Assembly (NCBI RefSeq): GCF_009914755.1
Contig: NC_060927.1
DNA: 64,000 bases
Direction: 5' to 3' (one strand)
Origin: the human T2T-CHM13v2.0 reference genome, Homo sapiens
A model generated the notes under the pieces. The model did no database searches. It was not told the origin of the DNA and saw nothing but the letters and a program-made list of their open reading frames with translations. The translations under genes were made by a program, and so were the position numbers. Of the stretch, positions 43,798 through 64,000 are shown piece after piece; the stretch's first letter is position 1, and every line of letters starts with the position of its first letter.

Positions 43798-45199
43798 TAA
43801 GCATACCTTGCTTTAGTGTGCTATGATTTATTGCTCTTGGTAGAGATTGCACTTTTTACAAATTGAAACTTTGTGGTGACCTTGCATTGAGAAACTCTAT
43901 TGGCACTGTTTTTTCCATCAGCATTTACTCACATCATGTCTCTGTGTCACGTTTTGGCAACTCTCACAATATTTCAGACTTTTCCATTATACCTGTTACA
44001 GTGATCTGTAATCAGTGATCTTCGATGTTACCTATTGTAAGTGCTTTGGGGTGCCGCAAGTCATGCTGATATAAAATGGCAAATTTAATTGATACATACA
44101 TTAGTTCTGACTGCACCACCTACTACCCATTCCCCTGTCTTGCTCCCTCTCCTTAAGCCTCCCTATTTTCTGAGACACAACAGTATTGAAGTTAGGCCAG
44201 TTCATACCCAGCAACATTCTCCAAGTGTTCAAGTGAAAAAGTTTCATATTTCTTGCTTTAAATCAAAAGCTAGAAATGATTAAGCTTAAGAGAGGAAGGC
44301 ATCTTGAAAGCCAAGATAGGCTGAAACTAGGCCTGTTCTGCCAAACAGTTAGCCAAGTTGTGAATGAAAAGGGAAAGTTCTTGCAGGAAATTAAAACTGC
44401 TACTTCAGTGAACACATGAATGATAAGAAAGCAAAGCAGCCTTCTTGCTGATACAGAGGAAGTTTTAGCCATATGGATATGAGATCAAACCAGTCACAAC
44501 ATTCCCTTAAGCCAAAGACTAATTCAAAGCAAGGCCCTAACTCTCTTCAATTCTGTGAAGGCTCAGAGAGGTGAGGAAGCCACAGAAGAAAAGTTTGAAG
44601 CTGGCAGTGATTGGTTTATGAGGTTTAAGAAAAATACATGGGGAAGGAAGGAGCAAGTTCTGATGTAGAAGCTGCTGCAAGTTATCCAGAAGATCCAGCT
44701 AAGATAATTGATAAAGACGGCTACACTAAACAACAGACTTCCAATGTAAACAAAACAACCTTGTGTTGGAAGAAGATGCCATCTAGGATTTTAATAGCTA
44801 CAGAGAAGTCAATGCATGGCTTCAAAGCTTCAAAGGACAGGCTCTCTTAGGGGCTAGGGCAGCAGGTAACAATCAGTGGAAGCCAGTGCTGATTTACTAT
44901 TCTGAAAATCCTAGGGCCCTTAAGAATTACGGTAAATCTACTCTGTCTGTGCTCTAGAAATGGAACAACAAAGCCTGGGTGACAGCACATCTGTTTGCAG
45001 TATGGTTTACTGAATTGCCCAATTTGAGACCTACTGCTCAGAAGAAAATATTTCTTTTAAAATATTACTGCTCATCAACAAGGCAGCTGGTCACCCAAAA
45101 GCTCTGATGGAGACGTACAAGAAGACTAATGTTTTTATGCCTGCTAATGCAAACATCCATTTGACAGTCCATGGATCAAGGAATAATTTTGACTTGCAA

Positions 45200-45361
45200 A
45201 CAAGGGGACGGAGGGCATTAGGACAAATACCTAATGCATGCAGGGCTTAAAACCTAGATGATGGGTTGATAGGTGCAGCAAACCACCACGGCACATGTAT
45301 ACCTATGTAACAAACCTGCACATTCTGTATGTATCCCAGAATCTAAAATAAAACAAAATAA
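45200..45361 (+). mobile_element. Short L1PA 3'UTR fragment (about L1PA7-10 type)
   Basis: gcattaggacaaatacctaatgcatgcagggcttaaaacctagatgatgggttgataggtgcagcaaaccacc...gtatcccagaatctaaaataaaacaaaata. Confidence 0.9.
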
Positions 45362-45614
45362 AGAAATACAGTTTGTAATGCTACAGCTGCCATAGATAAT
45401 GATTCCTCTGATGGATCTGGGCAAAGTAAATTAAAAACCTCTGGAAATAATTCATCATTTTAGATAACATAAAGAGCATTCATGACTCATGAAATGGGGT
45501 CAAAATAGCAACACTAATAGAAGTTTGGAAGAAGTTGATTTCAACCCTCATGAATGACTTTGAGGGGGTTAAGACATCAACTGGAAGAAGTAACTGCAGA
45601 TGTGGTGGAAATAG

Positions 45615-47157
<1,543 letters not shown>

Positions 47158-47647
47158 AAACCTAAAGATGTGAATAGAATAGAAAATTAGAATAGAATAG
47201 AACAGAACAAAATATTTTTAGAGTATTACATAAACTTTAGTTTGACTTTAGTTGATAAAGCAGGGGCAAGGTTTGAGAGGATTGACTCTAATTTTGAAAA
47301 AGGTTCTACTGTGGGTAAAATGCTATCAAACATCATCACATGCTTCAGAGAAAGCACAGTGAAAGGAAAAGTCAAGTGATATGCCAAACTTCATTGTTGT
47401 CGTATTTTCTTTAATTGCCATAGCTGCTCCCAGCCTTCACAAACCACCACCCAGATCAGTCAGCAGCCAACAAAATCAAATCAATACCCTCAACCAGCAA
47501 AAAGATTATCATTCCCAGAAGGCTCAGATGTATCGTTAGCATTTTTTAGCCATAAAGCATTTTTAATTAAGGAATGCACATTTTCTTTTCACACATAATG
47601 CTATTGCACATTTAATAGACTACAATATAGTATAGACATAACTGTTA

Positions 47648-48069
<422 letters not shown>

Positions 48070-48245
48070 ATGAAAATACATATTTCTTCATAAATATGAT
48101 CTTTAATAGTTTATTCTTTAAGCACATGGAATTTATTTTACTATAATGTAATGCAAAGATTGAATTTTACCGTTTTCTGTGTTGCTTATGGTTCACATAC
48201 CATTTGCTGAAAACCCCTACATTACTTTTCTAATTAAAAATATTA

Positions 48246-48584
<339 letters not shown>

Positions 48585-48785
48585 CTAAATCCATATAAAA
48601 TTGAGTGTGTCTTAAAATGTTAATCCAGTTCCCTATGTGTCTATCATTGACTCAATGCCACACTATCTTAATAACTATCACTTTATTGTAAACCTTGACA
48701 AGAGCAAGCCTCCTCCCACAAAATTGCATCATATTTTTTTCTTTCAAAATTGTATCAGGTGTTCCTGGACTTTTGCACTTTTATT

Positions 48786-49060
48786 TCATTTTTTACCCCA
48801 GCTTTATTGAGATATTGGCAAATAAAAATAGTATACATTTAAGGTGTATAACATGATGTTTTGATATAGTTATACATTTTTATGAAATGATTACCACAAT
48901 CAGGCTAATTAACATATCCGTTACTTCACATAGTTACCATTGTGTGTATCTGAGTGTGTGGTGAGGCACATAAGATCTACTGTCTTAGCAAATTTCAAGA
49001 ACACAATAGTTGATATTGCTAACTATCGTCACCATGCTGTACAATAGATCTCCAGGACTA
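48786..49060 (-). mobile_element. L1MA (L1MA8/9-like) 3' end
   Basis: cagctttattgagat...atttaaggtgtataacatgatgttttgatata...tgaaatgattaccacaatcaggctaattaacatatcc...gtcaccatgctgtacaatagatctccag. Confidence 0.85.
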
Positions 49061-49839
49061 TGTTATAACATAGCTACACTCAAAAAAATTTATCTTATAT
49101 CTTATATAAGTCTTCTATCTTACAAATTTTCTTATTTCATATCTGCCCAAAATTGTTGTGTTTGAGGAATAACCAGGAATGTAACGGCACAAACTTACAG
49201 TTTTATCTAACTTGGGAGTCAATTCCATCCTGCCCACTCCCTCTTCGCCACACCCCATCACACCCGCACCCTAACCCTGCCCCTACCCTGAGGGAAGCAA
49301 GGGAATGTAAGCTCTCATGCTCTCCTTCACTGCTGCTTAATTCAACTTTGGATTAGTTCCAGCCACCAGCATCCCAGAGACCTGATGCTGGAGAACAGGA
49401 CAGAAACTGCTGCTCAAGGACATTGGTTCAGAGACGTCAGTGTGGCTGAAGGAACAGAATAACAATAAAGGATTTAAAAGATTAGATGTGAGTGGACTTC
49501 ACGGAAGACAGTGGACTTCAGCCAAGCAGCATAGTGTGGAAAGGACAACGGAAGGTCTGCAAGCCCTAAGTCTACAATATCACTTAGTACCACGGTCATT
49601 TAATGTGTATATGATAAATAACACATGCATCAGGTAATTTTCAACACGGATGTTGACTTCAGAATGACAGATAAAAAGTGTAAAAAATTATTATTTGTTC
49701 TTACAGAAAAACAATTCACTATATTTAAGAATTTAGGTCATATTAAGTATGTTACAAAATGTACTTGATTATAACAGCAGTTGGTATTTATATATGTTCA
49801 AGAGTCACGGCATATTGTTTATGTGAAAAAGTCAGCTAA

Positions 49840-50172
<333 letters not shown>

Positions 50173-51123
50173 TAGCAAATGCATAAATGCTGAAGCCTTG
50201 GACCCAGTTTTGTTCAATCAGTTGTTGAACGATGAAGGAGATTAGAGCAAGGGGATTCTGATTGGAAAAAACATGACCCATATTTTCTATCAATTGCACT
50301 AATAAATTGTGCACAAAAATGAAGAGACTTGGCAAAAGAGACACTTTACTGTTCATTTCAGACTGCATCTTTGACACTCGAGGATGTGGGTTTTGTTTAT
50401 GTTACCTAGTCTGTATAAGAAGAGAGAAAATTGGACTAGAAGCTAGAAATCCCTGATTAATCAATGCCATTCCTCTATACTGTCATGCTATGAAGCAGTA
50501 TTCCTGCAAACAAATATTTCTTACAATAGCTTCATAGTATTACCAATTGAACATTAGAGAAATGATTTTTCTATCAAATTCTTTGAATTATCAAAGTATT
50601 TTCTTATCTCCTTAAATATTACTCCTGTATTTCTGCCCTTTGAACTCACACCAACTGCTATCGCCACCACCACAAAAACTCGTAACAATGTAACAGCTGT
50701 TCAATTGTTAAGGAAGAAACAGAGGTTCAAGAGCTTTTTCCTGAGTGGATCTATTCCAGGACAGAGGTGTTTTAGAGTCAATATTTTGCAGCACTGTAGT
50801 ACGTTAAAGTACTTCTGAAGCATCAGGGAGCTGTGAGCCAGCAAAATTCCTACAGGGTACAACCACATCCATTCCCTTTGAGCCATGCTGTTTAATTCTT
50901 GGAGCCTGCTATTTGGGTAATGTCAGCACACTAGTGAAATGACTGAAAAGCTGAAATCGGTTTTTTAAAAGTATGCATGTATGTGTTGGGCATGGGCAGA
51001 ATGGGCGGTTTTATTTAGAAATGTGTTCATTTTCAGTAATTCTGTGGCTTGGTCAATAATAAAGTGCTATGAAGGAATACATAAAAATACCTGCAATAAC
51101 ATATTTTAAAAATACATAAAGTA

Positions 51124-56078
<4,955 letters not shown>

Positions 56079-57504
56079 GATGGCAAGGTCCAGGATTTCC
56101 CCAATGATCCAAAGTAATTACCTCCAGAAGACAACATGAATTAATATCAATGGTCATTTTTCCACATCTGCAAATTCAGCAAGATGGTATTACTTCTTAA
56201 GAATTTTCTTTCTGCTCAAGGGTGAGTTAGCAGCAGTAATTTGGAGAAAGAAATTATTGTATTTACATTCTATTGAAGTTACTTAATGTCTCCCTGTCAT
56301 GACCTAGAAAGTCACAGAATTGGGTCTGAGAAAAGACCCCACAAATACGTACAGTCTACCAGAGGGCTTCAAGCAAGTAATACTGTCTCTTTTTATATAT
56401 TATGAATGGGAAGTTCAGAGATTAGTTGTCTTGCAATAAGCTTCATAGTTAATACTAAAGGAGAAATCAGAAAATAAATCTAGCGATATTTACTACTGTG
56501 TTTCATTCTATTAATATGCTACTCTTCAAAGTCTTTGAAACCTATTAAAGTCTAAGTAAAATAAATTATTGTAATAAAGAAATTCCATCTACTTCTAAAG
56601 AGCTATTTGCTAAAACATTCTGTGCATTTCTCAGAATATGATTATATAATGTTCATATTTCCACCTGGGAAGAGGAGAGTTGTAACTTGGATAACTTTTG
56701 TTGGAGAGAGAAATGGAAGGATTTGTCTTCAAGAACTTTATAATAAAACTACTTTAAAAATAAGAGAGTCCATCTGGTCCTAAATTTCTATGGAAAACAA
56801 AGGTCTTTCAAAGAATCAAGAAGATCTCTTACTGAGATTTCAAAAGAAAGAATTTTTGATTGTAAGAAAGTTTAATAGATACAACCTTCATAATCAGATA
56901 AGTATTCTAACATCTCTTGAGTTGCAGTTTGTGCTCATTGCAACATTTTCTATTCTTAGCAGCAATGATAAATAAACCTAAGATCTACCAGTATGTTCCT
57001 TTAACTACAGTTAAGAAATGAAAATTCGATGTGACTTATTTATAATCAAATTATCCACCAACTACAAGCCATACTTTTTTATATTCCAATGAGCTAACTA
57101 GATTAAGAAAATGCATTGTACATAGTTGACAAATAACCCAGCTAGAATCCACTCTCAGAGTCCATCGCATTCTGGTTTTATCATGTTGAGAAAAATATCT
57201 AATGTATAAAAATGTATAGAATATATAATCACAGCTTAGCACTAAAAAAAGTGGAAAAAAGAACAGAAAATAAGAAAAGGATTGGCCAAGAAATTAAAAA
57301 TAAAAAAGGAAATGACATGAGAAAAACTAAAGTATCTTTATATAAGGGTAGAAACAAAGAAACTAAATTTTAAAATACAGAAGACAAAGCAGTGATATTT
57401 CAAGGGCAATGTTCTGTCTGCCTTTCTTAGAATAGGGGTTTTTTTATGGTTCAAGTATTTGATTAATTGTGAAAATAATAAAGGGCATAGTATACTCAAA
57501 TGTA

Positions 57505-58040
57505 CATTAACTGAGCCAGTGTGGTTGTGCTGGGAAAAAATCAACTCGGAGTCAGAGGGACTAGCTCAGAGAATTGGCTCTATTCCTGCCAAATGGATGG
57601 CATGAGAAAACTCACTTAGCTTCTCTGTGCCTTGGCATTTTATTTTTAAAAATGAAGCCATGGGGATAAATTGTTTGCAGTACTTCTAGTCCTACAATTC
57701 TATAGCAATTCTTGTTTCCCCAGGCTTGTTATTTTAGGAGATATAAAATATTTAATAATTTTAGAAATATTTCTTGAGCACAGACTCTATTAATAACTGT
57801 TTCCATTTATACGTAATGTTATACTTTTACAAGTTGTTTTCACATTTCTTTACCTCATTTAATACAATGAGTAAGATGTGAGACAAGTAATTATATCTCC
57901 ATTCTATAAATGAGGGATTATACACTCAGAGAAGTTAAGTAAGCTACCCAAGATTACAGAGGATTGAAGGACAGGCAGAAAACTCAAAGCTGGATCCCCT
58001 CATTCCCGGGCTGCTCCACTGTCTAAGCTATCCACAACTG
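57505..58040. mobile_element. Two MIR SINEs (+ then -)
   Basis: ggagtcagagggac...tcacttagcttctctgtgccttgg; and tatctccattctataaatgagg...actcagagaagttaagtaagctacccaagattacag. Confidence 0.7.
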
Positions 58041-58654
58041 CATATGAAGAGCTTCTTTGAAACGAGGTTTCACTGGATATAAGAAGTACTCATTGCTCCC
58101 AACCTATTTCAAAATTCTCTTGACTCTATGCACTGGAGGACATGAAAAGATGAAAATGTTGGAAGCCCAAATCTACTTTTGTGCATATATAGATAATTCC
58201 ATTTGCATGAATTTTCTCACTTACACAGTTTCACATTGTCACCATTTTTCAAAATGTAGTTTAGATTTAGAAAAATTGAAAACATTATAGAAATCAATAT
58301 TTGTTAAAGCAGAGTTCTACCTAATGCCTACTCTTTGAAAGATTAAGATATCTTTTGTAGTTCTTAACCTCCCACTCTCACCCCAGAAAAGATAATCTAT
58401 GGTTTGAAAAGGTTAGGAAATGCTTCCCCTAGTTAATTAACACTAACCTTAATTAAAGCTACAGTTGATCAGGGTGTCTTTAGTACAGGATGTTTCGGGG
58501 CTTTTAATATGCCACTATGCATTGTAAATTTCCTAAAGGAGGAGACAATACTCAGCATTTCTCAGACTTATTTAAGAATTAACTTTTTAAAGGAAAATCT
58601 AATATTTTATTGAACTTCTGTTCTATAGAAAACAATTTGTGAGTTTTGTCTCCT

Positions 58655-58830
58655 TACAACTAGAAAACGCCTTAGAAATTATTGATTTCAACTTCTACAT
58701 GTTACAGATGAACAAAATGAAACCTTGAGAGGTCAAATTACTTGCTCAGAGTCACACAGTTAGTGACATGGCTCATGATTAGAACCAAGAACTTCTGACT
58801 TCCACTGCAGTGTTGTTTTCATTTCACATA
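58655..58830 (-). mobile_element. MIR/MIR3 SINE
   Basis: ttacagatgaacaaaatgaaaccttgagaggtcaaattacttgctcagagtcacacagttagt...ttagaaccaagaacttctgact. Confidence 0.75.
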
Positions 58831-60924
58831 CTAACTTTCTGTAAATAAATATGAATTGGAATTGTGAAAATAGTTTTTTCACCTTTTTCATATTTGGAAA
58901 AGCCAAAGTCAATTAACATTGATTTAAACAATGTGTAAGCAAAATGTCTTTCCAAATATAAGGTATGTAATTACTAGAGTATGTTTTACCCTAAGTTCAG
59001 CATGTTTTAAACACTTTGATTTTCTATATTCACCAGGGCAATTGAACTTTATAAAACTATTTAATATTTTGATTTCCTTTACAAATGTTTGAATCTTTAT
59101 AAAACTAGAAGATGTATTCTAATGGAGAAAAGAAATCATATTGATTATCTACAGTGTACCCAGCATTTTATCTACAATGTATTTAGCTGTCAAGATAACT
59201 AACAATAAAAAGATATTAGCTCTGTTTACAATACTAGATGAAAATTAGGCTCAGAATGTCACTTACAATGTCCTAGACCACATGACCATCGAGTAGAGGA
59301 GTAAAGGCTTGAATAGATTTCTATCTGGACAATTATTTAATTATTCAATTCTCTAATTCTCTTATAAAATGGGAATAATATCCAATTACATCAAATAGAA
59401 TATTAAAACATTTAATGTATCATAACGTACATATGTAGATACAAGTTACAATTACTATATCTTAATTTTTTAAAGTTTTCATGTCTGCCATTAGCATACA
59501 CTTGAAAACAAATATCTCCATCAGAGAAAAACGGTAAGAAAAAATCACGATTTATCTTTTAGTCATTTTTGTTCTAAAGGTTCCATGTTACTTTTAAAGT
59601 TGCACCGTAGACCTTGGTCATATTTGTTGATCAAGCATGTATAAAATGGAATATCTTTAATGAGAAAAGCAAGATTTATGGAATTCAGAATTGCTTTGGG
59701 AAATAAAAACACATTTTTATATATTAATAGTCACTAATGGCCCATACTCACGGCAGCAACTGTTAGGCAAATAAATAAATGATTTGCTGGTTTATTTGAA
59801 GTGTAAGTAGAGGATAATCTAACAATTTGTTCATTATTCTTATCTGCTGGTCCCTTTACTTCTCAACTCCATAATAGAAAAGCTGAATGCAAACTGAATA
59901 TTTTTATATTAAATTACATTTCAAATGGCCTGGGTCAGTTTGTGCTTACCTTCTAGTTTAAATTCTGTTTATGTCTACATTTTTATTCTGTGTTTCCATA
60001 AAGTAGACACTAAGCGATTAAAATACAGTAACTCCCCACTTACCCAGAAGGTCCAGCTTGTCAGAAGTCTCTGATAAAGGCCTCAGAGAAGCCAGAAATA
60101 TCTACACCAAAGCCCTGCAGTAAGGCTCGTAGAGGTTCAGGCAAACTTTATTGACTTTTTAAATATGCAGTTCTTTTAAAGCTTAGTTATCTGGCTTCTC
60201 AGCCTCTGATAGATTAGTAGAAGCACATCAGAAAAGGTCAGAAGCTGTCTGAGGCAGGTAAAGTACGAGCAGATGTGATAGCTGACAGCCTTTTACCACG
60301 TTATCCAAAAAAACCAGGTCCATAATGATTGTCCTGCATCCCAAGAAAGGGCAAAATGATGTTAATGATGCTTGGAATTTTCTGGCTAAGTCACACGTTT
60401 CAAAACAACTGCCCCCATATATGGTTAAGTTGAAGTAGCTGTAAAATTGATTGATTTGTGATAGCACAAGTGTGTGTGTAATTGGCAATGCCTCCTCCAA
60501 GTAGGTAGGCACCATATAAAATTGATCTTAGTAAAGAAGAAGCAACTCACTAAAAATAGAAAAAGAAGCATATATTTTGAGAAGAGGGAACATCATTATC
60601 TAGTTTTAGTGACTTGAAAGAGGGATTAATGGTGAGTTTTCTGGTATGACTAGGGTACAAAATCTAAGTAAAAATATAACCAAAAGCCTGCTTTCATCTC
60701 TTTCAGCCTTTAATTATTGCTAAAGTCTCATAGCCTAGACTCTATGGCTCTATCTTAAGGTGTTAAACTTCAATATTTTACATTGCTGCAATTAAAAGAC
60801 CTGTGATACGGTTTGGTTAGGAGGATAAAGAAATAGAGTGTGGCATACATAGGTATGCAGGAAGGTAAAGAGGAAAAGTCACCAATCCATATGAAAATCT
60901 ATCATCAGTTATATATTGCCCTAT

Positions 60925-61120
60925 GTATTTTTTATGTCTCATCTCACCTAATTTTTGCAACAGGCATAAATTACCATCATTGTTGTTATTCTCATCTCAG
61001 ATGAGAAAACTGAGATTCAGAGAAACTAAATATCTTACTCATAGACAATTTATAGAGACATTCAGTGGCAGGGCCAAATTCCATATTCCACATCTGTGTG
61101 TTTTTTACCATAATATATTA
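60925..61120 (-). mobile_element. MIR SINE
   Basis: gttattctcatctcagatgagaaaactgagattcagagaaactaaatatcttactc. Confidence 0.7.
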
Positions 61121-62294
61121 CTACTAGCTCTGTAGAAGGAAAAGGGGTACACAAAAGTGAACTCTGGCTTCTAATAACAAACTTCACCTACTGCAAAATA
61201 ATAATGGCTTGAATTCCTGAATAGATTTATACAAACAAATACATTATGTGCCAGTGATATTGATAACGGCACAGTATTAATTGAGCACCTATTATACGGT
61301 AAGCAACATTTCTTACACACCCTGTTAGTTAGGGATGACTATTCTCAGATTAAAAAGAAGAAATTATGGCCACGAGAGTTTAATCCGCCTTTTGGGACAT
61401 AATTCTAAGTAGTGGAGCTGGATGAGCTTTCCGCTACTTTGTTATGGTGCCTCTCTAATGTCCCCAAAAGAATTAAGTTTAATGGAAGAAAATGGGAAGT
61501 TGCATGGGACTGGGAAATGAGTACTTAATGTTAGTAGTGAATAATAGATTTCTCATTACTGTCTATAATCAGCTGTATATGTGTACCTCTATCTTTGGAA
61601 GTAGGAGACCCATAATTCTTCATGTTTGTTCATACAATTATGTAACTGGCTATAATCAGGCAGTGACTTTAAAGGTCTCTACGACACACAAACTTCTGCT
61701 ATTGTTCTAAGTTTTATAGTAGCCAACCTTCTATTTTACCTAAACCAAGTGAGATGTTGGGGGCAGTTTACAACCTATTCAAGATTATCAGCGGTGGAAA
61801 AAAAAAGCTAACTGCCACAAGATCTGCTCAAGCTTTTGAAATGATGTGGTTGAGAGAAAGGCTGTAATCACCATTTAGAGACCCGATCCTAGTGTTGAGT
61901 CTTTCAATAATTCAGCCTGTGGCTTTGTATGAGTTCACTAACGTGATCATTTTCCCCTCATATGTTAGAATGATAGTTCTAGTATTACCCATTTTTTTCT
62001 GGTCTGAAAAAAAGCTGTAGGATCAAAAAAAAAAAAAAAAAAACCAGATTTAAGCCTTGTTGCTTCTTAATTGTGAGACACTGATCAATTAAAATGCCTT
62101 GATTCTTAATTTTCTCATCTATAAAGTTTAGCTACCTGGCTGGACTACCTAATAGAATTGTTTTAAGGATTGAAATGAAATAATGAACTGGAAGCACACT
62201 AAACTGTATAAAATTCTGTAAGTCATAAAAAATATTCACACAAATGTCTTGTACATTGTAAACATATTAAATATTTATGGAATGTATACCAGAC

Positions 62295-62550
62295 AAGGGG
62301 CCAGTATTGAGTAAGATTTAGGAGTGCAGCCCCTGAGTCAGACTGCCTGAATTCAAAAACTGACTCCACAACTTACTAGGTGAATAAATTTGGAAACATT
62401 ACTTATCCTCTTCGTGCCTCTGTTTTCGGATGTATAAAACAAAGCAAGTAATATTTGTCTCTCAGGCTATTGTAAGGATTAAATAAGACATCCCATGGAG
62501 AGTGCATGGCACTGTGTTGAGCACTTGGATGTATGACATTGAATAGCAAA
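62295..62550 (+). mobile_element. MIR SINE
   Basis: ctgagtcagactgcctgaattcaaa...acttactaggtg...ttacttatcctcttcgtgcctctgtttt...ttgtaaggattaaataaga. Confidence 0.8.
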
Positions 62551-62954
62551 AGACATAAACATTGTTCTTTTCCTAAGCTTCAAGTGAAAGCAATAAAGTG
62601 ATGGAAGAGATTTAGAAGGATTCATCTTTTGAAAGCTTGTGAGTGAGTGTGTGGCGGTAGGGGTGGTTAATTTATATGGACACAGAGAGTGAATCAACAG
62701 CTTCTGTTTCATTCTATTATTTGTGAAAGGATAAGGAAACTAAATACTATCAGGGGATTTATCCAAGAATATAGCCACCTGTGTTAATTTTTCACTTCTT
62801 TCCCATTGGAGGAACCCATAAGGAGTACTAAAAGTAAACATTATAGGAGAGGCAAGAGGTTTAAAAATATTGGGTAGAATATGCTACTCATTCAACAGAC
62901 ATATTTGTAACAGAGAGTATAAGTGGAAAATTGAACACATGCAGATGATGTTCT

Positions 62955-63245
62955 TTTCTGTCTGGAGCATCCTCCCCTTCTTCCTCTGCCTGATGAACTT
63001 CTCAATTCCTTCAAACACCCAAGAGTCCTTCTCTGCCATGGAAGTTGGTCCAAGAACACCTTCTTCACTGTACTAACGTGAATCCTTATGCACTCTATTG
63101 CTGCATTTTATCTAACACTAAAATTATCTGCCTATCTGTTGTTTTCTCTTTCCAGAATATAAATTCCTCAAAGACAAGGACCATCCTCATCTTTACTTTT
63201 CCAGGGACAGTGTCTATCAATAAATGTCTATTAAAGTGGACTAAA
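62955..63245 (-). mobile_element. L2 3' fragment
   Basis: tctggagcatcctcccc...ttccttcaaac...gaatataaattcctcaaagacaaggaccat...tcaataaatgtctattaa. Confidence 0.7.
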
Positions 63246-64000
63246 TTGTTTTCTTCTTAATTATATTAATACATCTTAAGTATTAATATAACTATATTAT
63301 ATAACTTTTAAAGCAGTTCAAAATCTAGTCTATAATTTTCTTGACCAAATGTATTACTCGCAACACTTTTGTAATTTCTAGTGACATAAAAAAAATCTGC
63401 TAATCTTCATAGTTATCAGTATATTCATTCTATAGATATACTCCACAAAGCTTTTGATTTCCTATCACTTTTTGTAAACAAGCTATCTGTTGTTGACTTA
63501 GATTTATAGCATAACTTGAAAGAATCAGCTTCTGTTGGCTAACTTTCAGTATGTCTCTTTGATAGAATGCCCATGTCTTTTCCAGCTGCCTGCTATTAAC
63601 AACTGCCCTGAAGCTAAGTTCCTTAAGGCATACAACAGGAGTTATTTATTAACTAATTATATTCATTGCTCAGAATGGGCTCCTCATAATAAAAAAGGAA
63701 AAGGATGTATATTCTCTTGATACAACTACACTGAGCTGTAAAAACAGCTCAGTGTGTTTCTGTTTTTCTGCTTTGTTTACCTGACACTTTGGTTCAATCA
63801 AGAAGACTTTCAACCATGGTAGAAAAAACTTCCACCTCCTAAACTTCCTTTTCCAGAAATATGTGCAGGCTTTCCTAAGATTATATAGACTGAATGGCTA
63901 CTTTTGCAAGATGATTGGCAATTTGACAATTTATAATAACACAATTTTTTTATTTATGCTCCACACATAAGAAATCATAAGCAACAAGTATAGAGTTATT

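Overview
AT-rich, CpG-poor primate (human-like) non-coding DNA dominated by transposable elements. I recognise no host protein-coding exon. Contents: a degenerate near-full-length L1PB (1-5.6 kb) carrying an AluY, many MIR/L2/hAT/MaLR relics, two near-full-length Tigger1 DNA transposons in opposite orientation, a 5'-truncated young L1PA with an open ORF2 C-terminus, about ten Alu-family copies, and an ancient LTR16/ERVL provirus (51.5-56.1 kb). The main finding is a ~15.8 kb inversion (28005-43797) bounded by the two Tigger1 copies. It can be read from the sequence alone: two old L1s are each split at a Tigger1 TA site and continue at the other breakpoint on the opposite strand, and the two copies of one L1's target-site duplication (TSD) lie 19.5 kb apart in inverted orientation. 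The two Tigger1 copies also appear to share private variants. The second finding is a U5 snRNA/Alu chimeric retrocopy with a single TSD; it retains unprocessed 3' flank with a 3'-box-like motif at the junction. Subfamily names and consensus comparisons come from memory of repeat consensus sequences, and the boundaries of old repeats are approximate.
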